A stretch of 52,775 nucleotides of DNA from a virus. Lineage: Duplodnaviria > Caudoviricetes. Positions 38,301 through 46,493 of the stretch are shown here, one piece after another. Where the stretch lies: IMG/VR virus record IMGVR_UViG_3300027894_000002, positions 1-52,775 of that record; one strand, given 5' to 3'. The position numbers were made by a program, and so were the translations under genes. Each line of letters opens with the position of its first letter. The stretch's first letter is position 1. The notes below the pieces were generated by a model that ran no database searches, was not told the origin of the DNA, and saw only the letters and a program-made list of their open reading frames with translations.

Positions 38301-38637
38301 AGAGCAATTGTGCAAACGCTATTGCCGCAGCTACGGAAATGGCACGGCGTTTGAGCACTTCTGGAGCGGCTATGCATCTGCTGCAACGACCGCCTATGGT
38401 GTGATCCGTTGGAATCCAAGTATGAGGATTGTCCCAACCGCTGCTTATAGCAATCAAACGGATTTTGGCTTTGGCGGCAACGGCTTCTTTGCCTCGACCG
38501 CAATCGCGACAGCAACCGCAAGCGTCGATCATCTACAGGCGGTCGTCACCTCGGCCGGCATGACGGCGGGAAGCGGCGGCGACATCATGGCGAACAACGT
38601 CACCACGGCGAAGATCATTATCGACGCGGAGATATGA
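35356..38637 (+). CDS. Tail fibre/spike 1: duplicated N-terminal anchor, pectate-lyase-like beta-helix, C-terminal binding domain
   Basis: VRVTTTANIALSGLQTVD twice; GAKCD..TDNTAAINAA; FRNLLIN..DRW..QLEVG. Confidence 0.85.
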   Translation: MATTDRRGVSVDATDSPIAGDPNPGLAIKVPVRVTTTANIALSGLQTVDSVALAEGDRVLVINQTDPTTNGIYNASAGNWTRTLDANSNDQWTNGTLVLVLAGFNNGGRGFRLTSANPIILGTSNLTFTDAGFPNPDRAIKAPVRVTTTANIALSGLQTVDSVALAEGDRVLVINQTDPTTNGIYNASAGNWTRTLDANSNDQWTNGTLVLVLAGFNNGGRGFRLTSANPIILGTSNLTFTDAGIGVIAYFDAVVQLSGRFIAPIINMLRFGGYYAAGDGGAHDRIRGLVSDPDAKQSADGSYWKVADPIVAIRATGAKCDSSDGSDGTDNTAAINAALAYGRPCYAQGDAPHGYRFDSTLILSTPDQLFYGDGRTRTRLLTSTLMAVGCINFTSGEAGPHLRDIDIRLKQPDTAVRANLTAYNPVIYARSTPRFVIERVRVSGGIDLLDMKGNSGGAIIVDLEDGCLGIGVDIDGSLDTIYGERIRSWTYDLTLNQSQIYYATGKVGIRAGRVDGLSLVNCFNIGNLGLHMFTSAPSSYSVGGPPEVENTLGAYDSFGAVLQEGGSYQQVGGYITGAAGTLFGHIIAGDNAAAVYTNTLINYGASSDSPFLLENCAGPSLSLDGLTIQNMGVGSLISINPNVSAAKIDLLNSSINLQSTDTAVITASTPASGKNTFNISNNFINNTTNASFTNPIFGFAAGNLVTAIGNRANPIGSGAGTFISISADDYHRIDPSNIAPGWSNSFPVNPTLGLYPTVAVLTMVNGGQIAGFRNLLINPYGRLNQRAAASNANNTYGHDRWLALTQTGTIAVSTVSDAENGTPRMWRLTQSQASAQRMGYAQWIEGLNCKHLRGKQVTLAGRINFSVNAAVRYAICEWTGTEDTPGAARDIVNSWTNATFTAGQFFKSTTFNVLAVGSITPAAATLTDLPAITATVGNSANNLVVFIWTEGVAAQNATLDGATQLEVGANASQREHRHLSLEEQLCKRYCRSYGNGTAFEHFWSGYASAATTAYGVIRWNPSMRIVPTAAYSNQTDFGFGGNGFFASTAIATATASVDHLQAVVTSAGMTAGSGGDIMANNVTTAKIIIDAEI
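35445..36087 (+). repeat. Exact 307-bp direct repeat (35445-35751 and 35781-36087; 336-bp period)
   Basis: No mismatches found on base-by-base reading. Confidence 0.92.
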
Positions 38638-39289
38638 TGACAATATTCGAACTGAATGGACCGAATGGTAACCCCGCGGTCAACAAATCCATCTTTTCAG
38701 TCAGTGGCCATTCGGATCGCAAAAGACCTACGTCGAGAAAATCCAAATGCGAGGGATGGGTCCAGTAGTCAAACTTTGAGCCGCGCAGCGCAGAACGAAA
38801 TATTTGAGGCGCGTAATGCAACAGCGGAATAGCGGTGTGGTGTTCGATCGGAAACCATCGGTTTGGTACTGTGAAAAAAATGGAATGTGCCACGCGCGCG
38901 GCGTCTCGAATAAATGCAATGCGCTGTTCGCGGCCGCCAACGTGTTCCAGCACCGCGCTTGAATAAGCAATGTCGAAAGTCTGATCATCGAAAGGAAGTG
39001 GTTTACCCGCTTCGATCTTGACGTGCCTGATCTGCGGATAGGTAGCTTTGATCTCCCGTCCGTCATCGAGCGAACAGCAAGTGATGCGTGCAGGATAAGG
39101 GTATTTCTTTTCGAGGAAGTTTGTTTCTTCGCTTTCGTCACCCGATGCACCGATATCAACAATTGTCGTGTTTGTGTTGGGGTGCATGGTACTGACAAAT
39201 AAATCATAGATGCGCTGCCGCGCGTAGATCGACATGCGTTTGGAGATAGGCAGCCGGCGTCCGACCTCGTGATATAGCCGATCGTCCAT
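38618..39289 (-). CDS. Class I SAM-dependent methyltransferase (moron)
   Basis: IVDIG; LPFDDQTFDIAYSSAVLEHVG; TVPNRWFPIEHH; visibly AT-richer. Confidence 0.88.
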   Translation of the reverse strand: MDDRLYHEVGRRLPISKRMSIYARQRIYDLFVSTMHPNTNTTIVDIGASGDESEETNFLEKKYPYPARITCCSLDDGREIKATYPQIRHVKIEAGKPLPFDDQTFDIAYSSAVLEHVGGREQRIAFIRDAARVAHSIFFTVPNRWFPIEHHTAIPLLHYAPQIFRSALRGSKFDYWTHPSHLDFLDVGLLRSEWPLTEKMDLLTAGLPFGPFSSNIVIISPRR

Positions 39290-39399
39290 TTTTAGATCCT
39301 TGTGCGACTTTGGCAGCCTGAAAATCCTAATGCAACCGCCGCAGGTTGAATAGAGCAAATGCACAATTAATCCCGGCCGATTGTGCCGGTGGGGGCTCC

Positions 39400-41214
39400 A
39401 TGGCTATTAACTCCCGCAACGGCAACACCTTGCTTGAAAGCGGATTTTTCGCGCCCGTGCGCGCAGCCACTACGGCTGCAATCACGCTTGCTGGGCTACA
39501 GACCGTCGACGGCGTTGCGCTCGCCGAGGGCGATCGTGTATTGGTAAAAGACCAGGCCGATCAGACCACCAACGGCATTTATGCCGCCACCAGTGGCAAT
39601 TGGCTGCGTACATCAGATGCTGCCGGCAATACGGATTTTTTCAGCGGTATGGCAGTGCTGGTTGCGCTCGGCAGTGTCAATGCCGGGCAGATCTATCTAT
39701 GCACTTGCGCCGATGATCCGGTGCTGATCGGCACCTCGCTGTTGACTTTTGCCTCGCAAGGTGCGGTGCAGCAGGCGCTGCAGCAGGCGACGTCCGCGAG
39801 CTCGGCCGCGCTGACTACCGGTGCCAAGACCTTCGCCACGCAAAGCGGCAAGAGTTTTTCCGCGAAACAATGGCTGCTGATCTATCAGACCAGCAATCCT
39901 GACAATCGCTTGCTCGCCGAGATTTCGAGCTATGCCGCAGGCTCGCTGGTGGTGAATGTTGTCGCGGTCGATGGTTCCGGTGGGCCCTACGCCGACTGGA
40001 CGATCGTGCTCACCAATACGCCGGCGGTGGCCGGGCGCCAGCCGCCGGCTGGCACCGGCAATGTCACCGGACCAGGATCGGCGGTCGACGGTCATCTAGT
40101 CGTCTTTGACGGACCGACCGGCAAGCTTACCAAGGACATTGGCCTGGTCGCCGGCGTGCTGGCCAGCCGCAACAGCTTGCAATATGGCGACGCCGGCAGC
40201 GCGTCGATCGGCACCGCGGCATTGGCGGATGACGCGGCGGCGCTGCCGCCGGTCAACAGCAATCTGGCGGTGTCAAACAATGGCTTGAATCCGACGCGCG
40301 ATTTCGATGTGTCGGCTGGCCGCGTGCGCGACGATAGCGACGCAGCGAATATGCGGCTGGTCGCAGCACTGACTAAGCGGCTCGACCTGGCGTTTGCGCC
40401 TGGCACCAATGCCGGCGCGCTGGCGAGCGGTTCCAGCAAGCTCGCCAGCAAGACCTACCATGAATATCTGATCGGGCGGCTCGGGCTTGCGGTGACCAAC
40501 CGCTTGCGCGTCACCAATGTCGCCACGTTGGCAATCGCCGCTCACGGCCTCGGCGTCGGTGGCAGCATCCGTGTGGTCGGCATCGGCAGCGGTTACGATG
40601 GCCATGCCATTGTGTCCGCGGTGCCGGACAGTGGGCATGTCAGCTACGCCAATACGGGCGCCGATGAAGGCTCGACCGCGGCGACGGGAACGCTCGATGC
40701 CTTCGACGTTTGCGCCGAACGTTCGGATCTGTCACTGACCTTGCCAGTCGGCTGGACGGTCAAGCAGGCGCTGTGGTCGCTGCTGACCGACGGCTCGGCC
40801 AACATTATCGCCTTCAAGGGGCTCGGCGATGTGTGTGAACTTGTTTCCAGCGTCCTTGATGTAAATGTCGTCAATCCCGGCACTGCCGCTGTGACGCGCA
40901 CGTTATCGGTGCCGCTCGGCGTTTCGGTCATTGCCAAAATGCAAGTTGCGCCGTGGCAGAATAGCCCGGCGATTGCCGTCGTAGTGCGCATTTCGCCGCT
41001 CGATACGACCGACGAGACGGCAGTGCTTGCGGCGGTTGGTGCTTACAATGCCGATGCTGGCGGCGGCTCATCAAGCCTTGCAACAGGCGGTGTGTTCTAT
41101 TGCCGCACCAATAGCAGCGGCCAGCTGCGCAGCCGCCTCAATTTGAGCGACGGCAATACCAACCTGTTTATCCGCACGCTCGGCTGGATCGATCCGCGCC
41201 GGCGTCTGTTCTAG
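39400..41214 (+). CDS. Tail fibre 2
   Basis: Same anchor family (APVRAATTAAITLAGLQTVDGVALAEGDRVLVK); GNVTGPGSAVDG motif. Confidence 0.82.
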   Translation: MAINSRNGNTLLESGFFAPVRAATTAAITLAGLQTVDGVALAEGDRVLVKDQADQTTNGIYAATSGNWLRTSDAAGNTDFFSGMAVLVALGSVNAGQIYLCTCADDPVLIGTSLLTFASQGAVQQALQQATSASSAALTTGAKTFATQSGKSFSAKQWLLIYQTSNPDNRLLAEISSYAAGSLVVNVVAVDGSGGPYADWTIVLTNTPAVAGRQPPAGTGNVTGPGSAVDGHLVVFDGPTGKLTKDIGLVAGVLASRNSLQYGDAGSASIGTAALADDAAALPPVNSNLAVSNNGLNPTRDFDVSAGRVRDDSDAANMRLVAALTKRLDLAFAPGTNAGALASGSSKLASKTYHEYLIGRLGLAVTNRLRVTNVATLAIAAHGLGVGGSIRVVGIGSGYDGHAIVSAVPDSGHVSYANTGADEGSTAATGTLDAFDVCAERSDLSLTLPVGWTVKQALWSLLTDGSANIIAFKGLGDVCELVSSVLDVNVVNPGTAAVTRTLSVPLGVSVIAKMQVAPWQNSPAIAVVVRISPLDTTDETAVLAAVGAYNADAGGGSSSLATGGVFYCRTNSSGQLRSRLNLSDGNTNLFIRTLGWIDPRRRLF

Positions 41215-41258
41215 CGCGTAGCAAGTTTTCCCACAACTCGAAACCATGGAGAGGGCCT

Positions 41259-41540
41259 ATGTTCGGCAAACTATTCGGTATTGATTTGATGCTGCTGCTG
41301 GCAGCTGGCGTCGGCAGCGTTGCCACGCTCACGCTCGAGCATGGCTGGGGCTGGGTACAGGCGCAATATCACGCGCGCGCCGCCAAGGCCAAGACGCAAG
41401 CCGAGAGCATCTACGCCGAGGTCACGTCGCAGGTGAAGGCTGTGACGGACACTATCGAAACACGGATCGCCGCGATCGAGGCCGATCTGCCGGCGCTCAA
41501 GAACGACGTTGCCGCCATCAAGACTAAACTTGGAGCGTAG
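41259..41540 (+). CDS. Membrane/coiled-coil protein, possible holin or lysis accessory
   Basis: N-terminal hydrophobic segment; precedes endolysin; GGAGAGG RBS. Confidence 0.55.
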   Translation: MFGKLFGIDLMLLLAAGVGSVATLTLEHGWGWVQAQYHARAAKAKTQAESIYAEVTSQVKAVTDTIETRIAAIEADLPALKNDVAAIKTKLGA

Positions 41541-41545
41541 GCGCC

Positions 41546-42769
41546 ATGGAGTATTTCAGCCGCGACACGCTGCGCAGTCTGTGGCCGCATTGCGCGCCGG
41601 CCATCATCGATGGCGTGATCGCCTCGCAAGAGCGCGTGTTCCAGAAATATGGCCTGACGTCGCCGTTGGTTGTTGCGCATGCGATGGCGCAATTTAGCCA
41701 CGAATTCGGCGCCGGCACGGAAATGGAGGAAAACCTCAACTATCGCGCCGAGGCACTGCTGTCGCAATGGCCCAAGCATTTCACGTCGGCGCAAGCCCTG
41801 GCGATGGCACATCATCCGCAAGCGATCGCCAATCAGGCCTATAACGGCCGCATGGGCAACCGGCCCGGCAGCGATGACGGCTGGAACTTCCGCGGCCGCG
41901 GCGGCTCCCAGCTTACTGGCCGCGAGAATTACGAGAAACTCAGCCATATCGTCGGGCTCGATTTGCTCACGCATCCCGAATATCTGGCGTCGCCCGAGTA
42001 TTTTCTCGAATGCTCGGTTGCCGATTTTGTCATGTGCGGCTGTCTGCCCTATGCCCAGCGCGACGATATCACGATGGTCACGCAGCGGTTGAACGGCGGC
42101 CAGATCGGCGCCAGCGAGCGCAAGGCGTGGCTGGCAAAATGGAAAGCGGCGCTGGCCGCGGTGCATGGCTCTGAGGCTGTAACGGCGCCGGCCGCGCCGC
42201 GCGACGGATCATTGCGCTACGGCGACCATGGCTGGGAGGTGACCGGGCTGCAGACGCGCCTGGCCGAGCTCGGCTACCAGGTCGGCAATCCGGACGAAAA
42301 ATTTGGCGCCACGACGCGCGCCGCGGTGTTGGCCTTTCAGGCCGACAACGATCTTGCGACCAGCGGCATCGTCGATCAGGCCACCAAAACAGCGCTGGCA
42401 AAAGCGATGCCGCGCCCGGTTGCCGAGGATCGTGCCGCGGCCGACGCCAACGTGCTGCGCGACCAGGGGTCGCAAACGGTCGCCTCGGCCGACAACATGG
42501 TCACGCTGGCCAAGGGCGCCGCGACAGTCGGCGGCGTTGTCGCTACCGAAAAGACCGGCGCCATCGACGCTGTTAAGGACGCGACCGATCAGTTCGGCGT
42601 TATGCGCTCAATCGTCGATACGGCGCAGGAAACGATACAGTGGGCGGAAGCGCATCTATGGATCGCCGTTCTCGTGGGTGCTGCAATCGCTTGGTATTTC
42701 GGCCGCGACATCATCAAGAACCGCATTGCCAGCTATCGCGCTGGCAATAACGTGGTGACGCGAACATGA
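41546..42769 (+). CDS. GH19 endolysin with PG-binding domain and C-terminal TM segment
   Basis: AQFSHE; ENLNY; DGWNFRGRG..QLTGRENY; RLNGG; LQTRLAELGY..FG..T..AV.AFQ. Confidence 0.92.
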   Translation: MEYFSRDTLRSLWPHCAPAIIDGVIASQERVFQKYGLTSPLVVAHAMAQFSHEFGAGTEMEENLNYRAEALLSQWPKHFTSAQALAMAHHPQAIANQAYNGRMGNRPGSDDGWNFRGRGGSQLTGRENYEKLSHIVGLDLLTHPEYLASPEYFLECSVADFVMCGCLPYAQRDDITMVTQRLNGGQIGASERKAWLAKWKAALAAVHGSEAVTAPAAPRDGSLRYGDHGWEVTGLQTRLAELGYQVGNPDEKFGATTRAAVLAFQADNDLATSGIVDQATKTALAKAMPRPVAEDRAAADANVLRDQGSQTVASADNMVTLAKGAATVGGVVATEKTGAIDAVKDATDQFGVMRSIVDTAQETIQWAEAHLWIAVLVGAAIAWYFGRDIIKNRIASYRAGNNVVTRT

Positions 42770-43152
42770 TCGCGCTCTTAGGATTGATCCCCGGCGCCGG
42801 GCTGATTGCGCCGGTCATCGGTTATATTCTGCGGTGTACCGTCTGCATGATCGTGATGGCGATCGGCATTGCCTGGGTGGTCGGCGATATCCACGGCCAT
42901 CGCAACGCTGATGCTAAATGTCGGGCGGCCGATATTGCCATGCAGCTCAAGGCGGCGCAGCGCGACACTGCGATTGCTGCCGATACGGCGGCGCTTGCCC
43001 AGCAGCAAGCAGCCGATCTCGCCAAGGTAAATGACGATCTCAACCGCAAGGTGGCTGACTATGAAACTGTTATCGCGAAGCGCGGCGGCCCTGGCTGCCA
43101 TCTCACTGGCGACGATGTGCGCCGGCTGCGAAACATCGACGGGCAACCCTAA
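42766..43152 (+). CDS. i-spanin (Rz-like)
   Basis: N-terminal TM, coiled coil, C-terminal Cys; overlaps a lipoprotein gene. Confidence 0.75.
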   Translation: MIALLGLIPGAGLIAPVIGYILRCTVCMIVMAIGIAWVVGDIHGHRNADAKCRAADIAMQLKAAQRDTAIAADTAALAQQQAADLAKVNDDLNRKVADYETVIAKRGGPGCHLTGDDVRRLRNIDGQP

Positions 43153-43345
43153 GCTCAATGTTGCCATTCCCGACAGCTGCCAGCGCAATGCACAGATAGT
43201 CTCGGCGCCGGCGATGAAGGAAGGCGACGACGCGCTGGCGCTGCTGGCACGCACGCGCGCGGCGCTTGGGCTCGCCAACCGGCGCATTGCGGCGGTGCGG
43301 GATTGCGATGCCGATATCCGCAAGCGTTTCGCGGCCGGTCGCTGA
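43061..43345 (+). CDS. o-spanin lipoprotein (Rz1-like)
   Basis: MKLLSR..LATMCAGC lipobox-like signal; overlaps Rz in another frame. Confidence 0.75.
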   Translation: MKLLSRSAAALAAISLATMCAGCETSTGNPKLNVAIPDSCQRNAQIVSAPAMKEGDDALALLARTRAALGLANRRIAAVRDCDADIRKRFAAGR

Positions 43346-43371
43346 AACTTTAGTCGATTGGATTACACCAA

Positions 43372-43791
43372 ATGACAGAGCCTTGGGTCATCGGTCTGGT
43401 CGCCAACATTTTGTTTATGCTGTCGTCGTTTTTCGTTGTCAGCATTCGCATGACATGGAAGGCGGCAACGACCAAGGCTGAAATTATTGCGGCCATTACC
43501 GACCACGCCAAGGATGACGAAGAGGAATTCACCCGGGTGCGCGCCGAGATCTTCAATTCGGTGCACGACTTCGGCGAGACGGTCGCCAGCCTCAAGGAGC
43601 ACATCAACGGTATCCAGCTCGAGGCGACGCGGCTTTATGTGCGCCGCGACGGCTTCTATGAGGCGATGAAGCGGATCGACGAGAGCGTGTCGAATATGCG
43701 CGGCGAGCTCGCCGGTAGCATCACGGCCTTGCGCGCCGAGTTGCGCATCGATCTGCAAAATCTGTCGCTTAAGATCGATACCAAGACTTGA
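43372..43791 (+). CDS. TM plus coiled-coil protein, possible holin
   Basis: N-terminal TM; lies in lysis cassette. Confidence 0.6.
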   Translation: MTEPWVIGLVANILFMLSSFFVVSIRMTWKAATTKAEIIAAITDHAKDDEEEFTRVRAEIFNSVHDFGETVASLKEHINGIQLEATRLYVRRDGFYEAMKRIDESVSNMRGELAGSITALRAELRIDLQNLSLKIDTKT

Positions 43792-43852
43792 GGCTTTAAG
43801 CCTCGTGCGATTTGTAACCGCGTAGCCCTTCAACAACTCAAGGACTGATCCG

Positions 43853-44482
43853 ATGACACGACGACTCGCAGTCGTCGCGATGATGCTTGCCTGCATGATC
43901 GCGACCCCGGCTCTCGCACGGCATCAAGACCGATCCGGTATGTTCAACGAGGTTACGCAGTATTGTGGCGATCGGGTGTGTGGGCATGTTGCGGCAGCGC
44001 CGAAGGCCACTGTTGACAAACCGCGATCGCGGGGCCGACGCATCGTCGATCCGAACGCCAACCGAGCAACGCGACACTCGAGTATGAGCGGCGATCTCGT
44101 CACCGTGCCGACGGCCGCCGGGATCTCGATCACGGTTGCGCGCGAGTTCGAGCCGAAGATAACCGGCTTCATCGCCGAACTGGTGGCGCGCGGCTATCGG
44201 CCGCAGCAGATCCATTGCTTTGCGAACCGCGGGCATGTGCGCGGCTCGCTGCACTATGACGGCAAGGCCTGCGATTTCGATCAGCGTGGCTGGGGCGTCA
44301 CGGCAAAGCCGATGTATCACGTCGCCTCGCTGGCGACGAAATGGGGCTTGCGCGACGGCGGCGAGTTTCGCGATTGGGGTCACATCGATATGGGCGAGCA
44401 TCTGCGGCGGCGATCGCGCGTCGCCAACCTCTATGAGGCGGTCGATCGCTACCATCGCAAACGCGGACGGATCTATCGATGA
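43853..44482 (+). CDS. Exported M15/Hedgehog-fold peptidase-like protein
   Basis: Signal peptide ..TPALA; SLHYDGKACD and DWGHID zinc motifs. Confidence 0.72.
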   Translation: MTRRLAVVAMMLACMIATPALARHQDRSGMFNEVTQYCGDRVCGHVAAAPKATVDKPRSRGRRIVDPNANRATRHSSMSGDLVTVPTAAGISITVAREFEPKITGFIAELVARGYRPQQIHCFANRGHVRGSLHYDGKACDFDQRGWGVTAKPMYHVASLATKWGLRDGGEFRDWGHIDMGEHLRRRSRVANLYEAVDRYHRKRGRIYR

Positions 44483-44610
44483 TCGCCTCGCGGTCCGAGA
44501 TCCTGGCCTACGACATCATCGCCAGCGCCTACATTATAGTAGGCGTCGCGCTGGTGCTTTGGCTCTTGACGGTGTGGTGCAGGAAGCGGCGCGACAGAAA
44601 CGGAAGGTGA
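44479..44610 (+). CDS. 43-aa single-TM peptide
   Basis: ATGA-coupled; YIIVGVALVLWLLTVW followed by a basic tail. Confidence 0.5.
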   Translation: MIASRSEILAYDIIASAYIIVGVALVLWLLTVWCRKRRDRNGR

Positions 44611-44685
44611 ACGTACTGTGCCACTTTCTGTGCCGCATTGAACCGCTTTCGTTCGCGCGATCTGCGCGATCTGCGCGGCGCTGAT

Positions 44686-44714
44686 TTGACGTGAAAGCCC
44701 ATATTCTCTAAGGC
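44686..44714 (+). promoter_or_regulatory. Sigma70-type promoter for the tRNA 5' fragment
   Basis: TTGACG-17 bp-TAAGGC, 11 bp before the tRNA start. Confidence 0.6.
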
Positions 44715-44725
44715 TTTCAGGCGCG

Positions 44726-44768
44726 GGAGCTGTGGCCGAGTGGCTGAAGGCGGCGGTTTGCTAAACCG
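44726..44768 (+). tRNA. 5' half of tRNA-Ser(GCT), attP core; not a complete tRNA
   Basis: GGAGCTG-TG-GCCGAGTGGCTGAAGGC-G-GCGGT-TTGCTAA-ACCG; no T-arm or 3' acceptor strand follows. Confidence 0.85.
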
Positions 44769-44889
44769 ATGGCTCGTTACGCCGAGCAATGTCTTTGGCT
44801 CTTTGTAATAGGGCCTTATCCATCACTGCCGCTGTGCCAGACCGCTGCTGCTGTGCCACGTTTTGTGCCACCTTATGAGGGCCATCGCC

Positions 44890-44982
44890 ATGGGTCGGCT
44901 TGTCGACGGGTTGATCAAGGCCGGTTGGGCCGTGCTGCTGGTCGTGGCCTTCCTGGCGCTCGTTGGGATGATGGGGCATTAG
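44890..44982 (+). CDS. 30-aa hydrophobic peptide
   Basis: GAGG RBS; MGRLVDGLIKAGWAVLLVVAFLALVGMMGH. Confidence 0.45.
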   Translation: MGRLVDGLIKAGWAVLLVVAFLALVGMMGH

Positions 44983-45242
44983 CCGCCTTGGCCCGGGATG
45001 ACATCGTAGCGTTTCATCGGCGCGGCCATGGCCTCGGCCTGTGCGCCTGGTGCTGGGTTTAGTTGTGCCGTCTTTTGTGCCACCCCGCGTGACACAAGCT
45101 CGATCGACGGTAACCCGTCGTAGGCAATCCACACCCGATAGACGTCGCCGTGGCGCGTTGTGATCTCGGCAAACGGTCCGCTCTGTTTTGACGCGAGCTC
45201 GCGATCGACGCGCAGCTCGACCTTTGCAATCTCGTCCATCAT
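44979..45242 (-). CDS. Hypothetical protein
   Basis: AAGGAG RBS on minus strand. Confidence 0.6.
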   Translation of the reverse strand: MMDEIAKVELRVDRELASKQSGPFAEITTRHGDVYRVWIAYDGLPSIELVSRGVAQKTAQLNPAPGAQAEAMAAPMKRYDVIPGQGG

Positions 45243-45267
45243 CCTGCTCCTTGCTGTGCCGCAATCC

Positions 45268-45432
45268 TCAGCGGCGTTTTTTTCGTTTTCGAATCTCGGC
45301 GCTGAGCGTGGTAACCTTGTACTTCCGCGGCTTTTTGCGGCGGTCGCGAGGAAAAATCAGGACCTCGTCGCCGACCTCTAAGCCAAGCTTGGTGGGTGTC
45401 CAATTTGGTATCTTTTGACGTGTTTTTGTCAT
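45268..45432 (-). CDS. Small basic protein
   Basis: ATGA-coupled to the integrase stop. Confidence 0.55.
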   Translation of the reverse strand: MTKTRQKIPNWTPTKLGLEVGDEVLIFPRDRRKKPRKYKVTTLSAEIRKRKKRR

Positions 45433-46493
45433 GCTCGCTCCTGTGCCACCCCGAACTTGGCAATGCGGGCCTCTTCGGGGGTAAGAAAATCGAGATAGAG
45501 CTCGGTCGTCTTGATTGATCGGTGACCGAGGCGAATCTGCAAGTCGTAAATGTTGCGGCCGGATTTGAGCCATTCGACGGCGTGCAGGTGGCGCAGCTGG
45601 TGCACGGTAAACGGCCTAAAATCCGGCGTACCGCCCGGGCCTGCCGCCTTGGTCGCCGCCTGGTGCTCGGCTGCGATAATGGCCGAAAACCGGCTCGACA
45701 GGTTGCGGTACGGCTCGCCCGCGCCATGCCAGAACAGCCACGGCTCGCCGAGGTAGGATGGCAGCGCCGCCAACAGCTCATAGCCGCCGAACGGATCGAG
45801 CTCGATCGCGCGCACCTTGTTGCCCTTGCCGCGCAGGGTCAGCTGGCGCCGGCCGTGGTCGAGCTGGGGCCGCTTGGCGTAGGCTAATTCGGTGAGCCGG
45901 CACCCGGTAGCCCGATAACCGCGCAGCAACGCGCCCAAGAGCCCCGGGGCGCGCGCAATAACCCTCCCGACATGGGAGGGTTCGGGAAGCACGATCGGAT
46001 CGCGGCGCTCGCGCAGCCGGCGCAGCCAAGACAGGGCCGGGTTACCCTCAGACCATTCCATGGCCTCGGCGTAGCCCAGCACGCTGGACAGGGCCGTGAG
46101 ATCCCGCCGGATGGTGGCGATGCTGACGCCGCTGGCCTGGCGGACCTTGACCAGGCTCGACACGGTCGTGGCGTTGATCTCGTCGAGGTAGAGCGGCCGC
46201 AGGACGCCCGCCAGCTGCTGCAGACTGACCGCGTAGCGTTTGGAGGTTTCCCCGCCCACTTGGCCAGCAATCCAGACCGCCCAGGCGGTGACCGCGGCTT
46301 CATAGGTCTGGCGCTTCTCCCCGAAATGCGTGGCCGCTAGTTCCTGCTCGCGGCGCTCTTTGCGCCGGCGTGCAGCAATCCGGCCATCGCTCGTTCGTAG
46401 GCTCCATCGGATCTCAGTGTCCTTGACCTTGAGGCGGCCATATAATGTCTCGCCGCGCCAGTAGCAGCCGAAAGGGGCTTTGCGTTTTGCCAT
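45429..46493 (-). CDS. int: Tyrosine integrase
   Basis: TGCRLTE; RGKGNK; HQLRH; LGH..IKTTELY. Confidence 0.95.
   Translation of the reverse strand: MAKRKAPFGCYWRGETLYGRLKVKDTEIRWSLRTSDGRIAARRRKERREQELAATHFGEKRQTYEAAVTAWAVWIAGQVGGETSKRYAVSLQQLAGVLRPLYLDEINATTVSSLVKVRQASGVSIATIRRDLTALSSVLGYAEAMEWSEGNPALSWLRRLRERRDPIVLPEPSHVGRVIARAPGLLGALLRGYRATGCRLTELAYAKRPQLDHGRRQLTLRGKGNKVRAIELDPFGGYELLAALPSYLGEPWLFWHGAGEPYRNLSSRFSAIIAAEHQAATKAAGPGGTPDFRPFTVHQLRHLHAVEWLKSGRNIYDLQIRLGHRSIKTTELYLDFLTPEEARIAKFGVAQERA

Larger units (their letters stand above)
44616..45083. other. attP region with arm-type integrase sites
   Basis: YTGTGCCR pairs spaced 12 bp at 44616/44628, 44851/44863 and 45063/45075 (single copy at 44832), flanking a tRNA fragment near int. 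Confidence 0.8.

Noticed and set aside
44726-44820. Complete phage-encoded tRNA-Ser
   Set aside because: No GTTCRA T-loop and no complementary 3' acceptor strand
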